The notes: generated by a model from the sequence alone, not told the origin. Counted from the first letter of the stretch, positions 13,633 through 28,341 are shown. The stretch: 64,000 nt of DNA from Eledone cirrhosa (GCA_964016885.1 OZ024741.1:327422001-327486000), one strand, 5' to 3'. Program-made: numbers and translations.

Positions 13633-14653
13633 TTCTTACATAATAAGGTTATATTTCCAAGGCAATCCAAATTGAATCGACATGGGAACGGACAAAGCGT
13701 GTGCTCTTGAATTCTTCGCTCGTTTTCCTGTGAGTCCCAATTCACCCCCACCGGTCTGCGCAGGCGCAAGTCCGAAGGAAGTTAACCATCAACTACCCCA
13801 AAGTTCTACGAAATTCGCAAGGCATCCCCTTCCCCCCTCTCAACCAAACAACCACCTCATCCAGGTCTGTAATATGACATGGTTATAATTTACTGCTAGT
13901 CACCGTGCCGAAAGCTAGTGGGGGTGGGAGAGTATGAGTTTCAATAGGTCTCAATACTACCCCTAAATTAAGCATGGACAATAGAATTGACCATCACCCG
14001 CTAAGAGAATATATACTTATTTCTAGGTATTATGGTTTCACAGTGGAAATTATGATTGAGAATTAGAAATTAAAATTGAAAATTAAAAATCAAAAATTAA
14101 AAAAATTACAAGTTAAAATCTTGATTGAAATAAGTAAAAAAATATATGTACATATAATAACTAATAAACAGGGAGTTGTTTAAATTATAGTAAGAAGTTT
14201 TGAAAGGGGGATCAATATTACAGATATATTATCCATATATTCGACGATAGTACCGTACAGTAGAACGGAGGGTAAATTACAGTATGAAACGCAGTAGTTA
14301 GGCAAATACATAGTTAATATCACATGAAATAAAACAAAAAATACAAAATATAAAATACAAAAAAAAAAAAAAAAAATACATAGATGCAAAATGAGATAGG
14401 AGTTATATATGTAAAATGAGATAGGAGATATATATGAGAAACATATACGATGAAGGTAAACTGTATGGAAATGAGGGTGTAAGTGGTTAAGATAATTATC
14501 AATTTTGTCCATTTAAAGTGCATATAAAAATTCGTTATCTTATGAAGTGTGGGGGCTTCCGTTCAAGGCCTCCGTGCAAATGCAATTTCGTACAGGATTA
14601 AGTGTATATATGTATATATGTATATACACACATATATATATATATATATATAT

Positions 14654-15078
14654 AGAGAAAATTGAGGTTGGTAATGGCGCATGGAATATATAAGAGACAG
14701 AATACTTTTTTGTGAAAAAACATAATTTTATAAGGTAAGGAAATAATAAAGGGTATAAAAAATGACCGGTTTCGATGGGTCTGCAAAAGCCATCTTTTCA
14801 AATGTTGATTAATATTAAGAAAAATTAATAATACGAAGAGTTAAAATTTGAGACTTGAAAATTCAAGTATAAAATTCATTGTGGGATTTCATAGCAGTTT
14901 TCATCTAGGTAGCAACAACAGGTTGACTGCTGTGTCCCTTTCTGGTAGTGAATGAGAAGTTATTTGGAGGGTGGGTTATTTTATAAAGGTCAGATTTAGC
15001 AATAGCCAGTTGCTGGTCAGTGAGGGGGTGGAAGCAATATACACACACATACCTTCATCCACACATACATACACATAC

Positions 15079-15119
<41 letters not shown>

Positions 15120-15188
15120 CACACATACATACACACACACATACATATACATACACACATACACACACACACACATATATATACACAT

Positions 15189-15243
<55 letters not shown>

Positions 15244-15727
15244 TATATATACATACACATACATCCAGACCATGCCTTTGTGTGACCAACACATCCATGT
15301 TAAACCCTGCACGTGCACACACGTATATCTATATATATATGCGCACACAGAATTATTTTAATTTCACTGCCCCAACTTCTTATATTATGGAAAAAATATA
15401 TGTGTCTGTATGTATATATATATATATATATATTTGAAGGCCATTTCTCTGTGTGTGGGTGTATGTATGTGTGTGTGTGTGTGTGTGAGTATGTGTGTGC
15501 ATGTGGATGTATGTATTGTGTGTGCGTGTGTGTGTGTGTGTGTGTATGTATGTGGGTATCTGGATGTATGCGTATGTGTATATATATATATATATGCATG
15601 TGTGTGTGTGTGTGTGTGTGTATATGTATGTGTGTGTATGTGTGTATATATATGTGTGTGTGTGTGTGTGTATGTTTGTATGTGTGTATGTATATATATA
15701 TATGTGTGTGTGTATGTATGTGTGGGG

Positions 15728-15795
<68 letters not shown>

Positions 15796-15826
15796 GTGTA
15801 TCTGGATGTATGTGTATGTATATATA

Positions 15827-15881
<55 letters not shown>

Positions 15882-15950
15882 ATGTGTATATATATGTGTG
15901 TGTGTGTGTATGTGTGTATGTATATGTATGTGTGTGTGTATGTATGTGTG

Positions 15951-15991
<41 letters not shown>

Positions 15992-16418
15992 GTATGTGTA
16001 TGTATGTGTGGATGAAGGTATGTGTGTATATATTGCTTCCACCCCCTCACTGACCAGCAACTGGCTATTGCTAAATCTGACCTTTATAAAATAACCCACA
16101 CCCCAAATAACTTCTCATTCACTACCAGAAAGGGACACAGCAGTCAACCTGTTGTTGCTACCTAGATGAAAACTGCTATGAAATCCCACAATGAATTTTA
16201 TACTTGAATTTTCAAGTCTCAAATTTTAACTCTTCGTATTATTAATTTTTCTTAATATTAATCAACATTTGAAAAGATGGCTTTTGCAGACCCATCGAAA
16301 CCGGTCATTTTTTATACCCTTTATTATTTCCTTACCTTATAAAATTATGTTTTTTCACAAAAAAGTATTCTGTCTCTTATATATTCCATGCGCCATTACC
16401 AACCTCAATTTTCTCTAT
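14654..16418. repeat. Near-perfect ~615-bp inverted duplication (14654-15268 / 15799-16418) containing a decayed minimal HHR
   Basis: The arms are reverse complements with only a few mismatches, even across the compound microsatellite. At 16264-16311 the sequence reads UUGAAAA-gaugg..ccauc-GAAA-CCGG-UC. Confidence 0.9.
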
Positions 16419-16447
16419 AACCTTCGTTTTGTGTAGAAAATTACACT

Positions 16448-17063
<616 letters not shown>

Positions 17064-17185
17064 GTAGTGTTGCAAGGTAAATGCATCCGCAGGCGGTATG
17101 TCGATTGAGCACTTGATACTCGCGTGGAGCAGAGTATAATATTATAAAGAACGAAGATTCAGTGTCGCATCATATCACCTTTATT

Positions 17186-17279
17186 AACATATTACATATG
17201 TTTCTCTATCGAACAGCTCGTGGCAAGATCTATTACAGATCGAACCCGACTCTGCAATCGAAAGTTCTTCAGATATGTT
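17186..17279 (-). ncRNA. Type I hammerhead ribozyme motif with long stem II and palindromic CAUAUG stem III
   Basis: Minus strand reads aacauau-CUGAAGA-[~60 nt]-GAAA-CAUAUG-UA-auauguu, giving a 7-bp stem I. Confidence 0.85.
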
Positions 17280-17852
17280 TTGTGTATGAGATCATAAATA
17301 GTAAACAATTCTAATACAATGTCAGATAAATATTGTCTCATGGTCTCACCATAATCAATATTTAAAATATACGTAATTATTGTGTATAAAATATTTTGGT
17401 CGTATATGTATAAACGTTTCATTTATAGACACTTATATGTTGTTTTGCCAGTTTTTATCAGCTATTGACATACATTGTAGTGTTAGTGTATAAATCTACA
17501 ACGCAGTAAATATTAGACATTAGGTTAACTTTGTCAGCTCTTATAGGGTGTTGATGTACGAAGCTTTGTTTTTCTTCCCGTGTATTAATTTATATTATAT
17601 TGCCAATTTCTTTCTAGGTAAATCTTACAACCTCACAATTTCTCTCCCATTTACATACTGTTTTATTCTTCTACACTAATGCAATGTTTTCTTAGTATTG
17701 TAATTCCCGTATATCATTTCATGTGGTTAGAATTAATAATAGTTTCTTCTCAACAATCTGTTTTAATAACTTTTTCACTGCATTATCTTATATTCTGTTA
17801 TTGTGATATCTTACTTCGCATTTACCAATGGCCTTTGTATTATTCAAGCCAA

Positions 17853-17906
<54 letters not shown>

Positions 17907-19680
17907 ATGTATGTGTTTGTGTGTGTATGTACATATATCTATACATATATATATATATATATTTTATATATATATATATGTGTGTGTGTGTGCGCGTGTG
18001 TGTGTGAGTGTGTGTGCGTGTGTGTGTTTGTGAGCATGTTTTTGTGTATGTGGGTGCGCGTGCGTGTATACACACACATGCATATATACATATACATATA
18101 TAAATTCATTCTAATATAGTTATAGCTTAAGCGGTATTTGCCAATCGCATTTCAGAATATTCAACCTTCTCTCATGCTATATACGTTAACACACTTTCAC
18201 TCACGTATGTTATTCATCTATGTTATTAGCTCTGTATAAATGAAAACACTTTCTATCCATTTTATTTCATTTTTCAGTATATGATGTCTTTCGTAGCGTG
18301 TGCGTGGCTTTTTTCTCGTTTCTTCATTCTTTTTTTCTTTTTCTTCCGTTTAGTTTCCTAACGTGTTACTTAGTATAATAGTTTGACGAAATGCTAGTCA
18401 TAAATTGATCGTTTTTTTTTGTCGGTTGATCTAGTACCCATTTTTCCTGAACTGCCACAAAGGAGCGGAAGAAGACGAAAAAATATCAAACATTGACTGA
18501 CAGTTTCTAGTTTGTGTCGGTCGCCTAGATATCTCGGGTTTCCTCGGTTGCCTTGACTACAACAGAGGAAAACGATTAAATACCAGCCAATGACTGACCG
18601 TTTCCTTTTCTTTGCATTCATTATCAAAGTTTAATGTGTCCGTCTACGCACTGTAGTTTTCCTACGTTCGAATCGAGAGGAGGATATTAAGCTTGTGGAA
18701 GAACCTCGTGAGTTAGAATAGCTGCAAGTTTGCTACCTGTCTACACAGCAATGTTTTCGTAATCTGCTCTGTGGGGCGCAGCTGAGATATACGTTTGTGT
18801 ATTCTTCATATTTCCTTAGCTATTTTTGACAGTTTGGCTTCTTTATCACTTTTTCTCCATTCTTTTTTTCTCAATTCGTCGTTGAGAATATCGTCTTAAC
18901 AGAATAATATTTTATGTCATTCCCCTTTACATTGTTCCTGGACTGTTCTCACTTCATGGCAAATTGAGGAATTATAGGCACAAATCTAAGACGAGATCTG
19001 AAGGCGCTATGGAGTAGAATCTGGGTTTAGCCCGTCGCTTGGTTTGTATTTGTAATTCAATTGGGGAAACTTGGCTTGTACAAGGTATCACTGTTTGTCT
19101 GTGACGTATAGGTTAACACGTATTCTTCTGCATCCCATTAAAACATACTATAAAACGTACTAGACTGCGATATGACTCCATCGCATTAAAAAGTAATGTT
19201 TTTACTCGAGCATTGCAAATTTTCACACGGATCTGTTCCCTTGTAGAAATACTATAAATACTTTAATTACCAAATCACATGAAACCACATTAACTAGACG
19301 TTTTTGAAAAGAACAAATCAGATCTATGAACCCAACATATAAAGATAGTTGGTCTTTACTTTACAAATGTTCACATCCATCGACTAGTATATATACTATA
19401 AACATTGAAAATGACAAACATATTTTTAGATATTTCTGCTAAATAATCACAGGATTTTAAGAGTTTTCTGGTTTCAATGTCTGTCGGTCACTTTAAATGA
19501 TTAGCCAGAATGTAGAAGACCTCATTAAACAGATGGAAGGCTGGTTATAGAAAATAGAGGGGATCCATCTATTTGGTAATAGTTTTATATATGTAATTTA
19601 GGTATTTACTGTTCAATATTTTAACTTTTCCACGCCTTTTGAGAGGGATATCTTAAACGGAGACTGCAGAGGCCCATCAT

Positions 19681-19770
<90 letters not shown>

Positions 19771-19775
<5 letters not shown>

Positions 19776-21257
19776 AGAAGCAAAAAATTGCTTATTGTGA
19801 TCCAGTTCTTGATTAAGAAAGCCAGTTTCATGGATGGTTTCAACGTACGGTTAGGGGTAACTCCACACGTTTGTAAGAATTCCGTTCAATCTTGGAGTAT
19901 AAAGTATAAAAGAGAAAACACAGGTAAGCATTAAGAGAAGGATGTTATCCAGGTATTTACGACCGCTTCATTGGTAAGTGCAACCTTATATTGCTGCAAA
20001 TAGCAGCCACTCAATTATAATTGTTGTTCACAGTCCACATTTTCAAAATAGTAAGTTACTCTTGAAGTAATTCTTAATATATAGAGAAAAACATTTATTT
20101 GGAATTGTATTTACTAGTATAGAGAGAGAGGAATCAGAAGGTGAGAGGACAAACGGAATAGTATAGAGAGAGAGAGGAAGAGGTAGAAGTAGGAAGTAGA
20201 GTGACAAACTGAGATGAAGGGAGGGGTAGAGGTGGAAGGATTCCTTGGTCACTTTTGATAGCAGACTTCATGTCGTCGAATGTAGTGAGTTAAAGAGAAT
20301 TAAATTGATCATAGTGGGAGGGATAGATAGAGAGGCAGAGAGAGAGGGGGAGATATAACGAAATAAATATATATATATATATATATATATTTATTAAAAT
20401 AACAGATTAAAGTTTAAGCGAAGAATCGCTGCTTTCACCCTTAACGGGATCTTCTGAAACTAACAAAGTCAATCTGTAAACGCAGTACTGGATATTTCAA
20501 TAAACGTTGCAACCGGAGGAAGACAGGAAGACGATACTTTGGTGAGTTTTAGGTATGTTTTCCTGCTTGGTACGGGTATGTTCTTTGTAGAAATATTCAG
20601 ATGTTGTTTCTGCATGATGAATATAAGTCAATAGATAAAGATAATAATGACAAAAATAAAAGCAAAGAAGGGGGTGAGAAAGAAGAAAAGAAGAGATAGC
20701 CAAGATGGGAGGGAAGGAAGGAAGAAAACTAAGAAATAGAAGAGGAATAAGGGAGAAGGGAGGGATATATGTATTGGTTTTCTAGGTAATTAAAAGGGTT
20801 TAGATACAACAAGAGGGTATAAAGTCTAAGTATATGCAGTTTGTCAGTTGGTAGTAAGAGGTTAAGGGTTCGATTTGTAGTGCGAAAACTTCTCTTTAAG
20901 TCTATGGTTACAATAAATTGATCTTTCGATTTTATTGTTGTGTAACTTATTCACCGAACTTAAGATGTGTAACAGCTCAAGGTCGCATAATCGACAGCTT
21001 CTCATACCACTCCGATATGGGGGCGCATTTGATAATTTTTTCCACTTCAGGGTGTATTGATGGTTACTTTCCCTTAGTTACCAGATCTTGTTTGCAAGGG
21101 TAGTTACATAACGGTGCTGGGAATGTTTCATTGCGTAACGGTGCGTATACCAACGGGCTTTAAATGTATTCCCAGTCGCTCCGATGTAATACCATTTCTG
21201 GTTGTCTGATTCCACTGTGCATTGGTAAACCAGGTTAGACTGCATACATTCATTATG
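19771..21257 (-). mobile_element. Inverted arm of PLE family B (3' ORF end plus 3' UTR)
   Basis: Reverse complement of ~21874-23020, with an internal insertion at ~20390-20630 and ~130 bp of unmatched sequence at 19771-19900. Confidence 0.88.
20411..20461 (-). ncRNA. Hammerhead-like motif with a CAGAAGA (U4A) core
   Basis: Minus strand reads aguuu-CAGAAGA-uccc guuaa gggu-GAAA-gc..gc-UU-aaacu. Confidence 0.6.
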
Positions 21258-21259
21258 TA

Positions 21260-22502
21260 ATTTGTCTAACCGACAAATCTTCGAAGAACATGCAGAATAC
21301 TACAATACCGCATTAGACAAGGCAGGCCACTTAGATAGAGTAGAATATATAGATGAAAGCCTCCGTGAAGCGCACACGAACACGCATAACACAAACTCCG
21401 GTAACACACGCACTCACGCACTTACGCATAGAACTGCAAAGTATACGGCAAATAGAAATACATCAAAATGAAACAAGTCCCGCAGTAGAAAATATATTTG
21501 GTATAACCCCATATTTAACACCTCTATTGGTACTAACCTACCCTCTACCTTCTTTAGAATAATAAATAAGCACTTTCCAGATTCACAAAATCCTTAACAC
21601 TAAATCTATTAGACTATCTTCCTCCACGGCACCAAATATAGAGGCACACATTAAGATATTTAACGCTAAAAAGATACATAACAACACCAAAACACAAATT
21701 TACAACAATAACAATACAATCACCACCGAACACAACAGAATATCTAATACACAACCACCCGCTAATAGGCAAACAAAACGTAACACACTTGTACAGGCAT
21801 CGCAGCCCACCAATAATGCCAAAGTTGCCTATGACAAGAACTGTAACTGCCACCTACCTGAAACCTGTCCATTCCATAATGAATGTATGCAGTCTAACCT
21901 GGTTTACCAATGCACAGTGGAATCAGACAGCCAGAAATGGTATTACATCGGAGCGACTGGGAATACATTTAAAGCCCGTTGGTATACACACCGTTACGCA
22001 ATGAAACAATCCCAGCACCGTTATGTAACTACCCTTGCAAACAAGACCTGGCAACTGAGGAAAGTAACCATCAATACACCCTGAAGTGGAAAAAATTATC
22101 GAACGCACCCCCATATCGGAGTGGTATTAGAAGCTGTCGATTATGCGACCTTGAGCTGTTCCACATCTTAAATTCGAAGAATAGGTTACTCAACAATAAC
22201 ATCGAAATATCAATTTATTGTAACCATAGATTCAAAGAGAAGTTTTCGCACTACAAATCGAACCCTTAACATCTTACTTCCAACTGACAAACTGCATATA
22301 CTTAGACTTTATACCCTCTTGTTGTATCTAAACCCTTTTAATTTCCCACAAAACCAATACATATATCCCCCTCTTCTCCCTCATTCCTCTTCTATTTCTT
22401 CATTTTCTTTCTTCCTTCCCTCCCCTTCTTGGCTATCTTTTCTTTTCTTCTTTCTCACCCCCTTCTTTGCTTTTATTTGTGTCATTATTATCTTTATCTT
22501 TA

Positions 22503-22555
<53 letters not shown>

Positions 22556-23019
22556 CTCGTTATATCTCCCCCTCCCTCTCCCCCTCTCTATCTATCCCTC
22601 CCACTATGATCAATTTAATTCTCTTTAACTCACTACATTCCACGACATGAAGTCTGCTATCAAAACTGACCAAGGAATCCTTCCACCTCTACCCCTCCCA
22701 CCATCTCAGTTTGTCGCTCTTCTTCCTAACTCTTCCCCTTCCTCTCTCTCTCTATACTATTCCGTCTGTCCTCTCACCATCTGATTCCTCTCTCTCTATA
22801 CTAGTAAATACAATTCCAAATAAATGTTTTTCTCTATATATTAAGAATTACTTCAAGAGTAACTTACTATTTTGAAAATTTGGACTGTGAACAACAATTA
22901 TAATTGAGTGGCTGCTATTTGCAGTATAGCAATATAAGGTTGCACTAACCAATGAAACGGTCGTAAATACCTGGATAAAATCCTTCGCTTAATGCTTACC
23001 TGTGTTTTCTCTTTTATAC

Positions 23020-23020
<1 letters not shown>
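21260..23020 (+). mobile_element. 5'-truncated Penelope-like element, family B (RT thumb plus GIY-YIG, tentatively Nematis-like), frameshifted
   Basis: Motifs: YYNTALDKAG, IWYNP.FN, CNC..PETCPF..C, LVYQCTV...YYIGATGNTFKARWYTH, W..L..APPY...CRLC..E...LLNN..E...CNH. A long 3' UTR ends in (TA)n. Confidence 0.9.
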
Positions 23021-23054
<34 letters not shown>

Positions 23055-23324
23055 GTATATATATATATACACATATATGTGTGTGTGTGCGTCTGCGAGT
23101 GTTTGTGTGTGTGGATATGTGCGTGCGTGTGTGTGCGTGTGTGTGTATGTGTGCATATATATATATATATATACAAACACACAAACATACACATATGTGT
23201 ATATATATATATATATATATATTTACGTAGACAACGCATCATATGTACATAAGCACATCTACACAGTGTCATATTTGTGATAGTATCGTATTAGCTCAAT
23301 GTACGAAACAGAGCCGTTATAGAT

Positions 23325-24960
23325 AAAATAAATCAAAGAACGCCTACATACTTATACGATTTTTATTCGCTAACAATTTTTCATCCATACCGTGGGGCAG
23401 GAATCCTCAGAGAGTAATCAATAAAAATATAGTGCTGAACATAAGCTCTACCAATCTTAGTCACTAGAACAGTAGAGAAACAGTACAGGATAGCATGAGG
23501 GAGATTGGATATGAGAAAGATGGAGAGAATGCGTACTGCGTTTATTAGTCAACATTATAACAAACCAAGATAGTACAATAACAAAGGCAGATTTTCCCAC
23601 AAGAGACTGGGGCATGTGAAGGCATACAAAAGCAAATCTTAAGCATTTAAAGATATTTAAAAAATATATATATATAAAAAAGGATTTTAAGAAAAATAAT
23701 TTAAAAATAATAATTAAAAATAATTAAAAATAATTGGAAATAATTAAAAATAATTAAAATGCCTTAAAACTTTTTAAAGGAATTAAAACATTTAAAAATT
23801 ACAAAAATATGAGTAAAAATATTTAAAAATATTTTTAAATAATTAAACAAATTTTAAAACCTAAAAATTGAAAATTAAAATATAATAATTAAAAAAATAC
23901 ATAATAGTAATTAAACAAATGGGGGAAAGGAAAAATAAATTGAGGCATATGAAGAATCAACAAAGGAGGGTATGCAATAGTTACTATAGAAGACAGGTGA
24001 TTTAGTTTCCCATGGAATACTATGAGATCTATAATGTATATTCAGAAGGTCTAAAAGAGATTTTATCCCCCCCCCCCCATTGTATGCGTGAACAGGGAAT
24101 AGTGGTAGGTTCTGGAGTTGTGTGGACAAGAGGTGTTAAACTTGCACATGGACAGGCATGACACCGATTTGAGCCAAACACAGACAGAGCGAGGTCAATG
24201 CATAAACAAGCTGAGGCAATCAAAACAAGCTGAAGTAATCAAAACAATCTGGAGCAATCAAAGTACATCAAACATGGTTTAGTCACAGTTTAAGGCATAT
24301 ATGGTGAGAAGTCATAACACATGTAGATTAACCGTAGATGGTAATCCGGTCGGCGAGAGGTCATAACAAATGAAGATCGTCCGTAAATGCTAATCCAATC
24401 GTATTCATATGTTCACCAATACGTACCAGCACATATAGTACTATGTGTTACAAGCTGATTTTACACATCCAAATCCTCATACGCTCGAAACTTCAGATTG
24501 AGATGTGTTACATGTCCAAGTTATAACCAAGTTATAACTCCAAATCCTCCTAAGATTATATGTAACACACTACGCATTCCAATCGCAACCGCGTCCAAAT
24601 ATTGCCTGATTACATGCAGCAGTAAATTCCCGTTGACCCCTCGCGCGCAGCACGAGGATCAACAAACAACACAGAAAATCACATAAAAGTGCTCAGTTCA
24701 GATCCCTAAATCCACCAGGCACAACATCATGTCTGTCAATTGAGGTCGTACTCATGCAGGTATACACCAGTCACACATGACAGCTCCCGTACTCAGCAAA
24801 AATCCAAGAACCCGGCTCCTCAGAAAATAAACACCACGGCTTCACAGTTCGTCACAATGGTGATAGGTATATACACACCAAGCCTGCCCACGGTATAGAT
24901 GAAATATTGTTAGCGAATAAAAATCGTATAATTATGAAGGCGTTCTTTGATTTATTTCAT
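23325..24960. mobile_element. Old PLE-like element with inverted terminal arms (23325-23400 / 24882-24960) and a decayed HHR at 23366-23415 (-)
   Basis: The arms are reverse complements. The minus strand reads CUGAGGA-uucc..ggau-GAAA-aauug-UU, and an RIGEH-like remnant lies near 24410. Confidence 0.5.
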
Positions 24961-25155
24961 CTATCTATCTATCTAACTGGCTGCAACTTGATTTCGTGAA
25001 TATATATGTAAATGTCCTACTCATGCTAGTGTGTAGAATGGATATTAAACAATGAATATGTCGATGATGATATATACATATTTATATAGTTGAATAAATG
25101 AACAGAGAAAAAAAAAACAGAGAGGCAGTACAAATGATATGGTTTTTAATTTCAC

Positions 25156-25205
25156 GCTTCTACAGGACGAGAACTGTTTCATTCGTGAGAAATCATCAGG
25201 AAACT
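25156..25205 (-). ncRNA. Type I hammerhead ribozyme motif (inverted copy of 25507-25557)
   Basis: guuuc-CUGAUGA-uuucucacgaau-GAAA-CAG uucucguc CUG-UA-gaagc. Confidence 0.8.
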
Positions 25206-25506
25206 GACTGTCCAAGTAATTGTGATGGTATTTATATCTTTTCTGGTGGTAGGAGGGGTGGGGATTGGTGGAAGTCATTGGTTGATGGGTTTAAAGAAAA
25301 GGGAATTCTTTAAAAGCTAATTCTTTAGGCACCTGAAATATAGGCATTGTTAGCTTAAGAGAACCTTAAAAATAGAGAGTGGCACACCAATTTCAACTTG
25401 TTTATAGAATTCTTTCTGCCTTTCATACTCTAAACATAGCTTCCCAATCACCACCCCCTCCTTCCATCAGAAAAATATAAATACCACCATATTTACTTGG
25501 ACAGTC

Positions 25507-25557
25507 AGCTTCCTGATGATTTCTCACGAATGAAACAGTTCTAGTCCTGTAGAAGCT
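25507..25557 (+). ncRNA. Type I hammerhead ribozyme motif
   Basis: agcuuc-CUGAUGA-u uuc ucac gaa u-GAAA-CAG uucuaguc CUG-UA-gaagcu. All three stems can form, with predicted cleavage after GUA (25551). Confidence 0.88.
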
Positions 25558-25641
25558 TTTCTTTTCTATATATAAATATTTATACTCTGCTTTGTATTGA
25601 GTACCTTACTTACCTTGGTTCCCCCCATTGAACAGCGGATA

Positions 25642-25696
<55 letters not shown>

Positions 25697-26073
25697 ATCT
25701 TATTTAGAATATTTTTATGTGAAACTGTGATTAGATATGAGAAACGTTATCAGAAAATGCATCTCATTGATTTAAAACAAAAATATGAACGATACAGATA
25801 TATTTTGGGAAATGCAACACTGTAGCAAGAGTGCAAACAGATCGAGAGGGTCAATCTGTCGGAGAAAACACAAGAAAACACAAGCAATAGAGATAATACT
25901 AGCGTAAAGTCAAAATAATTCGCGACATAAAAATGGGATGCACGTGCACAAGTATAGCACATTTTACGGAACGGCTTTTTTTTCCATTTCAGGTAGACGC
26001 GCTCCATCATCTACTTTTCTAAAAAAATAAATCATACACAAAACGCCAGCACCAACAGTTTTCCAATAGATGA

Positions 26074-26136
<63 letters not shown>

Positions 26137-26138
<2 letters not shown>

Positions 26139-26342
26139 AACTAGTAGGGCCCGACGGCTGAGCTCAAGCCGTTTCGACGGCTAATTCTGGACGGCTAATT
26201 GCGTCCAGAATTAGCCGTCGAAACGGCTTGAGCTCAGTCGTCGGGGTCCTACTCGTTCCTATTACCCACTCTACTAACCTAAGTATTGAGTACTTTGGTG
26301 CGTTATGGTCCACCTGGTTCCTTACCATATTTCCCATGTTAT
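26137..26342. mobile_element. Fold-back mini-element of the PLE family A terminus
   Basis: A head-to-head inverted copy of the ccagaattagccgtcgaaacggc..ggggtcc motif plus an ~80-bp tail, flanked by (TA)n. Confidence 0.8.
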
Positions 26343-27077
26343 ATATATATATATTTATTAAAATAACAGATTCTATTATTTTAATAAATCTGTTATTTTA
26401 ATAAATATTTGCTCTACGGTTCTCATATATTTGATATATATTTATGCTTATCGAGCCCTCTTTGGATTTTAGTCTTCAAATGTATTATTATTACTATATA
26501 TATATATATATATATACATCATACATATATATAAATCATACATATAAATAAACCATACATAAAACGACAGCACCAACAGTTTTCCAAGAGATGACCATAT
26601 CTTCCCTCGCTCTCTCTGTTTCTCTTACCTTCTTTCGTCCCCTTTGTCAGTTAACACTTTCTCACGACTGACCTCTTCCTCGCACTTCCACTCACTCACT
26701 CACTGTTTCTACCCTTCTCACTTTCTCCCGTTCGCTAGGGGTCGGATCTTTCTTTCTTACATCCGATTCACAGTGAAAGGTCTGTTTGCTACACGCTCAT
26801 GAATTCACCCAGTTTATGCTGATCGAATAACCATGTTGCTTGTTTTTCTTCCCATCTTCGGTTAGCTTTTCCTCCTATGTTGTTTACTTGTCTCACTCGC
26901 TTTACGCGTTTCACTTGTCCCAATAACTTATTTTAGTTATTGCTCGCACCAACGTGAGGTATATGATTTTTAATGCGATGAAATACCAATGATCGTTGGC
27001 AAATCACTGATGAGGTACTAATTTTATAATATGTAATCCATGTGCAACCATGCAGTATTCTTCTCCCCATATTTTTC

Positions 27078-27154
<77 letters not shown>

Positions 27155-27580
27155 GAAGGAAAAAATGAAACGAAATTTCATTTCCCACTCTTAGTACGGC
27201 AGTTACTTAAATATAAGTATGTACACGTACATACATATATGTATACAGACGTACAGTATTATGTATATATATATACATACATGCACACATATATATATGT
27301 ACGTATGGATTCACCGAACATTTATTATAATGCTCGGTGTGTTTGTAAACAAACATCCCGTATTAAGCCGTAGTGTCCAGCAACCATCGTTGCTCGTTTG
27401 TTCAACACTGACAAAGGAACGGTGTACTAGTTTCAAGCATATTAGCTATCGTCAGCAACGTATACTTTCCTGCCAGATTATTGAACGTACATATATATAT
27501 GTGTGCATGTATGTATATATATATACATACTACTGTACGTCTGTATACATATATGTATGTACGTGTACATACTTATATAT
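27155..27580 (-). mobile_element. Short HHR-bearing non-autonomous PLE-like element (family D) with inverted arm 27485-27580
   Basis: Homologous to 61570-62040 in the opposite orientation. Terminal pieces also occur at 3365-3440 and 51475-51545. Confidence 0.75.
27419..27461 (-). ncRNA. Minimal type I hammerhead (family D)
   Basis: acguug-CUGACGA-uagcu aaua ugcuu-GAAA-CUAG-UA-caccgu. Confidence 0.8.
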
Positions 27581-27610
27581 ATATATACATATAAATATAT
27601 ATACTTATAC

Positions 27611-27696
<86 letters not shown>

Positions 27697-27991
27697 ATTT
27701 ATATATATTTATATATATATATACTTATACATATACATATACATATACATATATATATATATACATATATATATATTTCGTTTCTGAATTTGTTTAGCAA
27801 GATTCTTTATCTGAAATCGTGTGTTGAAACCGATATTGTTACACTTTGGGAGGGTCATGCTGCCAATAAGAAACACACGCACCAGTTGCTTTCACTTCAA
27901 TTTAATTTATTAAATATTTATAAATTTACAAATTTATAAATTTCTGGTTGGTTGGTTGGTTCCACAACCAGATAGTTGTTTATATATATAT

Positions 27992-28036
27992 AGTCATAGT
28001 TCTTTCGTCACACACTCTGTGACCTCTTCAGTGACT
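27992..28036 (-). ncRNA. Minimal type I hammerhead in the 3' region of PLE family C
   Basis: aguca-CUGAAGA-g-gucac agagugu gugac-GAAA-gaac-UA-ugacu. Confidence 0.82.
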
Positions 28037-28341
28037 GGGGATTTCTTTCTTCGTTTCTGTGCCTTTCCTTTCTTCTATCCTACGCCATTTTGTTTGTGTG
28101 TGGGTTGCGTGCTCAGTTTGCGCATGCGCCACATCCGGGTGTCTGTGTGTGTTTGTGTTCATTTTTCTATTTTTCTATTTATATTTTTCTATTTGTTTGT
28201 TTATTTATTTATTTATTGTTGGTTGGTTGATTGTTCTATGTGTGTGTGTGTTTTCATTTTGTCTTGTGTGTGTTTTCATTTTGTGTGTGTTTTCAATTGT
28301 AAGTTGTTTGTTCTATGTGTGTGTGTGTTTTCATTTTGTCC

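Noticed and set aside
13533-13769. Apparent exon (tttcag|ATG...) and 79-aa minus-strand ORF
   Set aside because: Better explained by the hammerhead-bearing repeat on the minus strand, and there is no recognisable protein motif.
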